Source of the DNA: Fimicolochytrium jonesii
Lineage: Eukaryota
Length of the DNA stretch: 64,000 nucleotides
Assembly (NCBI RefSeq): GCF_025526975.1
Contig: NW_026515678.1
Location: forward strand, 620,001-684,000
Direction: 5' to 3'
Below are positions 62,512 to 64,000 of this stretch, piece after piece (position 1 is the first letter of the stretch; each line of letters opens with the position of its first letter). Below the pieces are notes generated by a model. It did not search any database. It was not told where the DNA came from and saw nothing but the letters and a program-made list of their open reading frames with translations. Position numbers and translations under genes: made by a program.

Positions 62512-63438
62512 ATGTCCGACGCCCTTCCCCTCACGGCCGAAGCCTGGCAAGCCATGTGCAATGCGATTGACGAACTTCGAGTACAGAATACCACCCTACA
62601 AGCCGAACTAGCGCAAACCCAGACCACTGCCCCTGCCACCCACGCCCCCAAACCCAAAATCAGTCTCCCAGACAAATTTGATGGCACCCGAAGCAAGTTC
62701 CGTGGGTTCCTCAACCAGATCCGGCTCATGTTTGCCCTCCAACCCAGGCGCTACCCCAACGATCAGACCAAGATACAAACTATTGGCACCTACCTCACTG
62801 GCACCGCCCAGGCCTGGCTGGCGCCCCTTGTCGAACAAGACCATCATTCCCTTACGAACCTGGATGATTTCATCCAGCAAATGCAAGCAGTCTTTGGAGA
62901 CAGCGACAGGATCCGCACATCCGAAAACAAGCTCCAGAACCTTCGACAAACCCGTGCAGCAACAGAGTATGTAGCTGAATTCCGACAGCTGCAATGCGAT
63001 GTGTCGTGGAATGACCAGGCATTGATTGCCACCTTCCGTCGCGGCCTCAAAGAAGACGTCAAGGACTTAATGCTCACGATGCCCCCTACCGCCTCAATCG
63101 ACACCGTGATGGAACAGGCCATCCAATGTGACAACCGATTGTTTGAGCGCCGTCTAGAGCGAAGCAGGAACCGACAGCCATATGTGCCAGTTACCACTAG
63201 CCCCACCCTCATGAGCCCCGACAACCGCCCAGACGACCCTATGGTCATTGACGCTGCTCGTCCGCGAGGACCCCTCACACCGCTAGAGCGCCAACACCGC
63301 ATCACAAACAAACTTTGCCTCTATTGTGGTAAACCTGGCCACATAGCCAAACTCTGCCCAAACAAGATACGCACGGCGAATGTCGCGGTTAAGGAACCTG
63401 CACCCATCCAGGATTTTGCCCAAGTCCAGCTGCAGTAA
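62512..63438 (+). CDS. gag: Element D Gag (sushi/PEG10-like) with CCHC knuckle
   Basis: PKISLPDKFDGTRSKFRGFL, YLTGTAQAW, LRQ...EYVAEF, FRRGL, CLYCGKPGHIAKLC. Confidence 0.95.
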   Translation: MSDALPLTAEAWQAMCNAIDELRVQNTTLQAELAQTQTTAPATHAPKPKISLPDKFDGTRSKFRGFLNQIRLMFALQPRRYPNDQTKIQTIGTYLTGTAQAWLAPLVEQDHHSLTNLDDFIQQMQAVFGDSDRIRTSENKLQNLRQTRAATEYVAEFRQLQCDVSWNDQALIATFRRGLKEDVKDLMLTMPPTASIDTVMEQAIQCDNRLFERRLERSRNRQPYVPVTTSPTLMSPDNRPDDPMVIDAARPRGPLTPLERQHRITNKLCLYCGKPGHIAKLCPNKIRTANVAVKEPAPIQDFAQVQLQ

Positions 63439-63474
63439 AGGCCGAGCAGCTGGGCAACACCTGTCCTGGGCCTT
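63411..63474 (+). promoter_or_regulatory. -1 programmed ribosomal frameshift signal (slippery heptamer + H-type pseudoknot)
   Basis: G GAT TTT at 63411-63417 in gag phase. Stem 1 CCAGCTGC (63426-63433) / GCAGCTGG (63446-63453). Loop AAGGCC (63438-63443) pairs with GGCCTT (63469-63474). The protease is in the -1 frame. Confidence 0.85.
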
Positions 63475-64000
63475 CTCACCACGCAAGTACTGCCAAGGGA
63501 GAAGCCACAAAACCTTGCTCCCATCCTGGCATCTCCAGCAACACCCTTCTCCTGACCACCAACAATGTCAATCTCCTATCTGAGATACCCTCACCCATGC
63601 GGACTTTGGGCCCATCCTCACCATTCGAGTACCCTGTTACCCTGCAGATATCGGCCCAGCGAGCTCCAGTTCAGCTTTCAGCACTACTCGACACCGGTGC
63701 AATGTCGTGCTTCATGGACGAAAGTTATGCCCGCAAGCACCGCATCCCACTTGTCAAGAAGGAGGACCCCATTGCGCTTGAACTGGTTGACGGACGTCCC
63801 AGCCATGCGGGCTCCATTACCCATCACACCCAACCTTTGGGCATGTGGGTCAACGACCATTTTGAGGAGGTGGTATTCCATGTGACATGTTCCCCGCATG
63901 CGCCAATCATCCTGGGGCTTCCCTGGTTTGAGCTCCATGATGTGGAGCTACACTGGAAGACTCGCACTCTTTGCGTCCGCTGCCATTGCGGTTTTGGACA

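Larger units (their letters stand above)
61930..64000 (+). mobile_element. Ty3/gypsy element D (Tf1/sushi-like), apparently intact in the visible part; continues past the window
   Basis: 531-bp LTR 61930-62460 with TGTTATG/CATAACA inverted ends, no tRNA-type PBS, open gag, and an open -1 protease frame (ALLDTGA...IILGLPWF). Confidence 0.92.

Noticed and set aside
1..64000. tRNA, rRNA or CRISPR arrays
   Set aside because: None recognised; the tRNA-complementary 12-mers are retrotransposon primer-binding sites

Overview
Eukaryotic DNA, almost certainly fungal (short GT-AG introns, a velvet-domain gene, chromoviruses). An early-diverging lineage such as a chytrid is my guess and cannot be proven from this window. 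Left half (1-33 kb), intron-containing genes: a J-domain/FN3/2xSAM protein running off the left edge, a membrane-anchored amidohydrolase, a PHD + linker-histone (H15) protein and an AA5 copper radical oxidase. Between them lies an accessory-looking block (~8.4-26 kb) with a spliced, motif-intact DUF262+DUF1524 (GmrSD/SspE-like, prokaryotic defence-type) nuclease gene, an RBR Rcat-only gene, a divergent velvet gene, DEAD-box helicase fragments and several kb of decayed ORFs. Right half (34-64 kb): a nest of LTR retrotransposons (four Ty3/gypsy families labelled A-D here, plus Ty1/copia) with readable LTRs, a TSD, PBSs, PPTs and -1 frameshift signals. Best leads: (1) the intron-bearing GmrSD-like gene; (2) an antisense, TATA-preceded, intron-containing RING-finger gene inside gypsy element B; (3) a Tf1-type self-priming element with a slippery site plus pseudoknot. 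All calls come from manual reading and motif recognition, with no database search. Exon boundaries are predictions.
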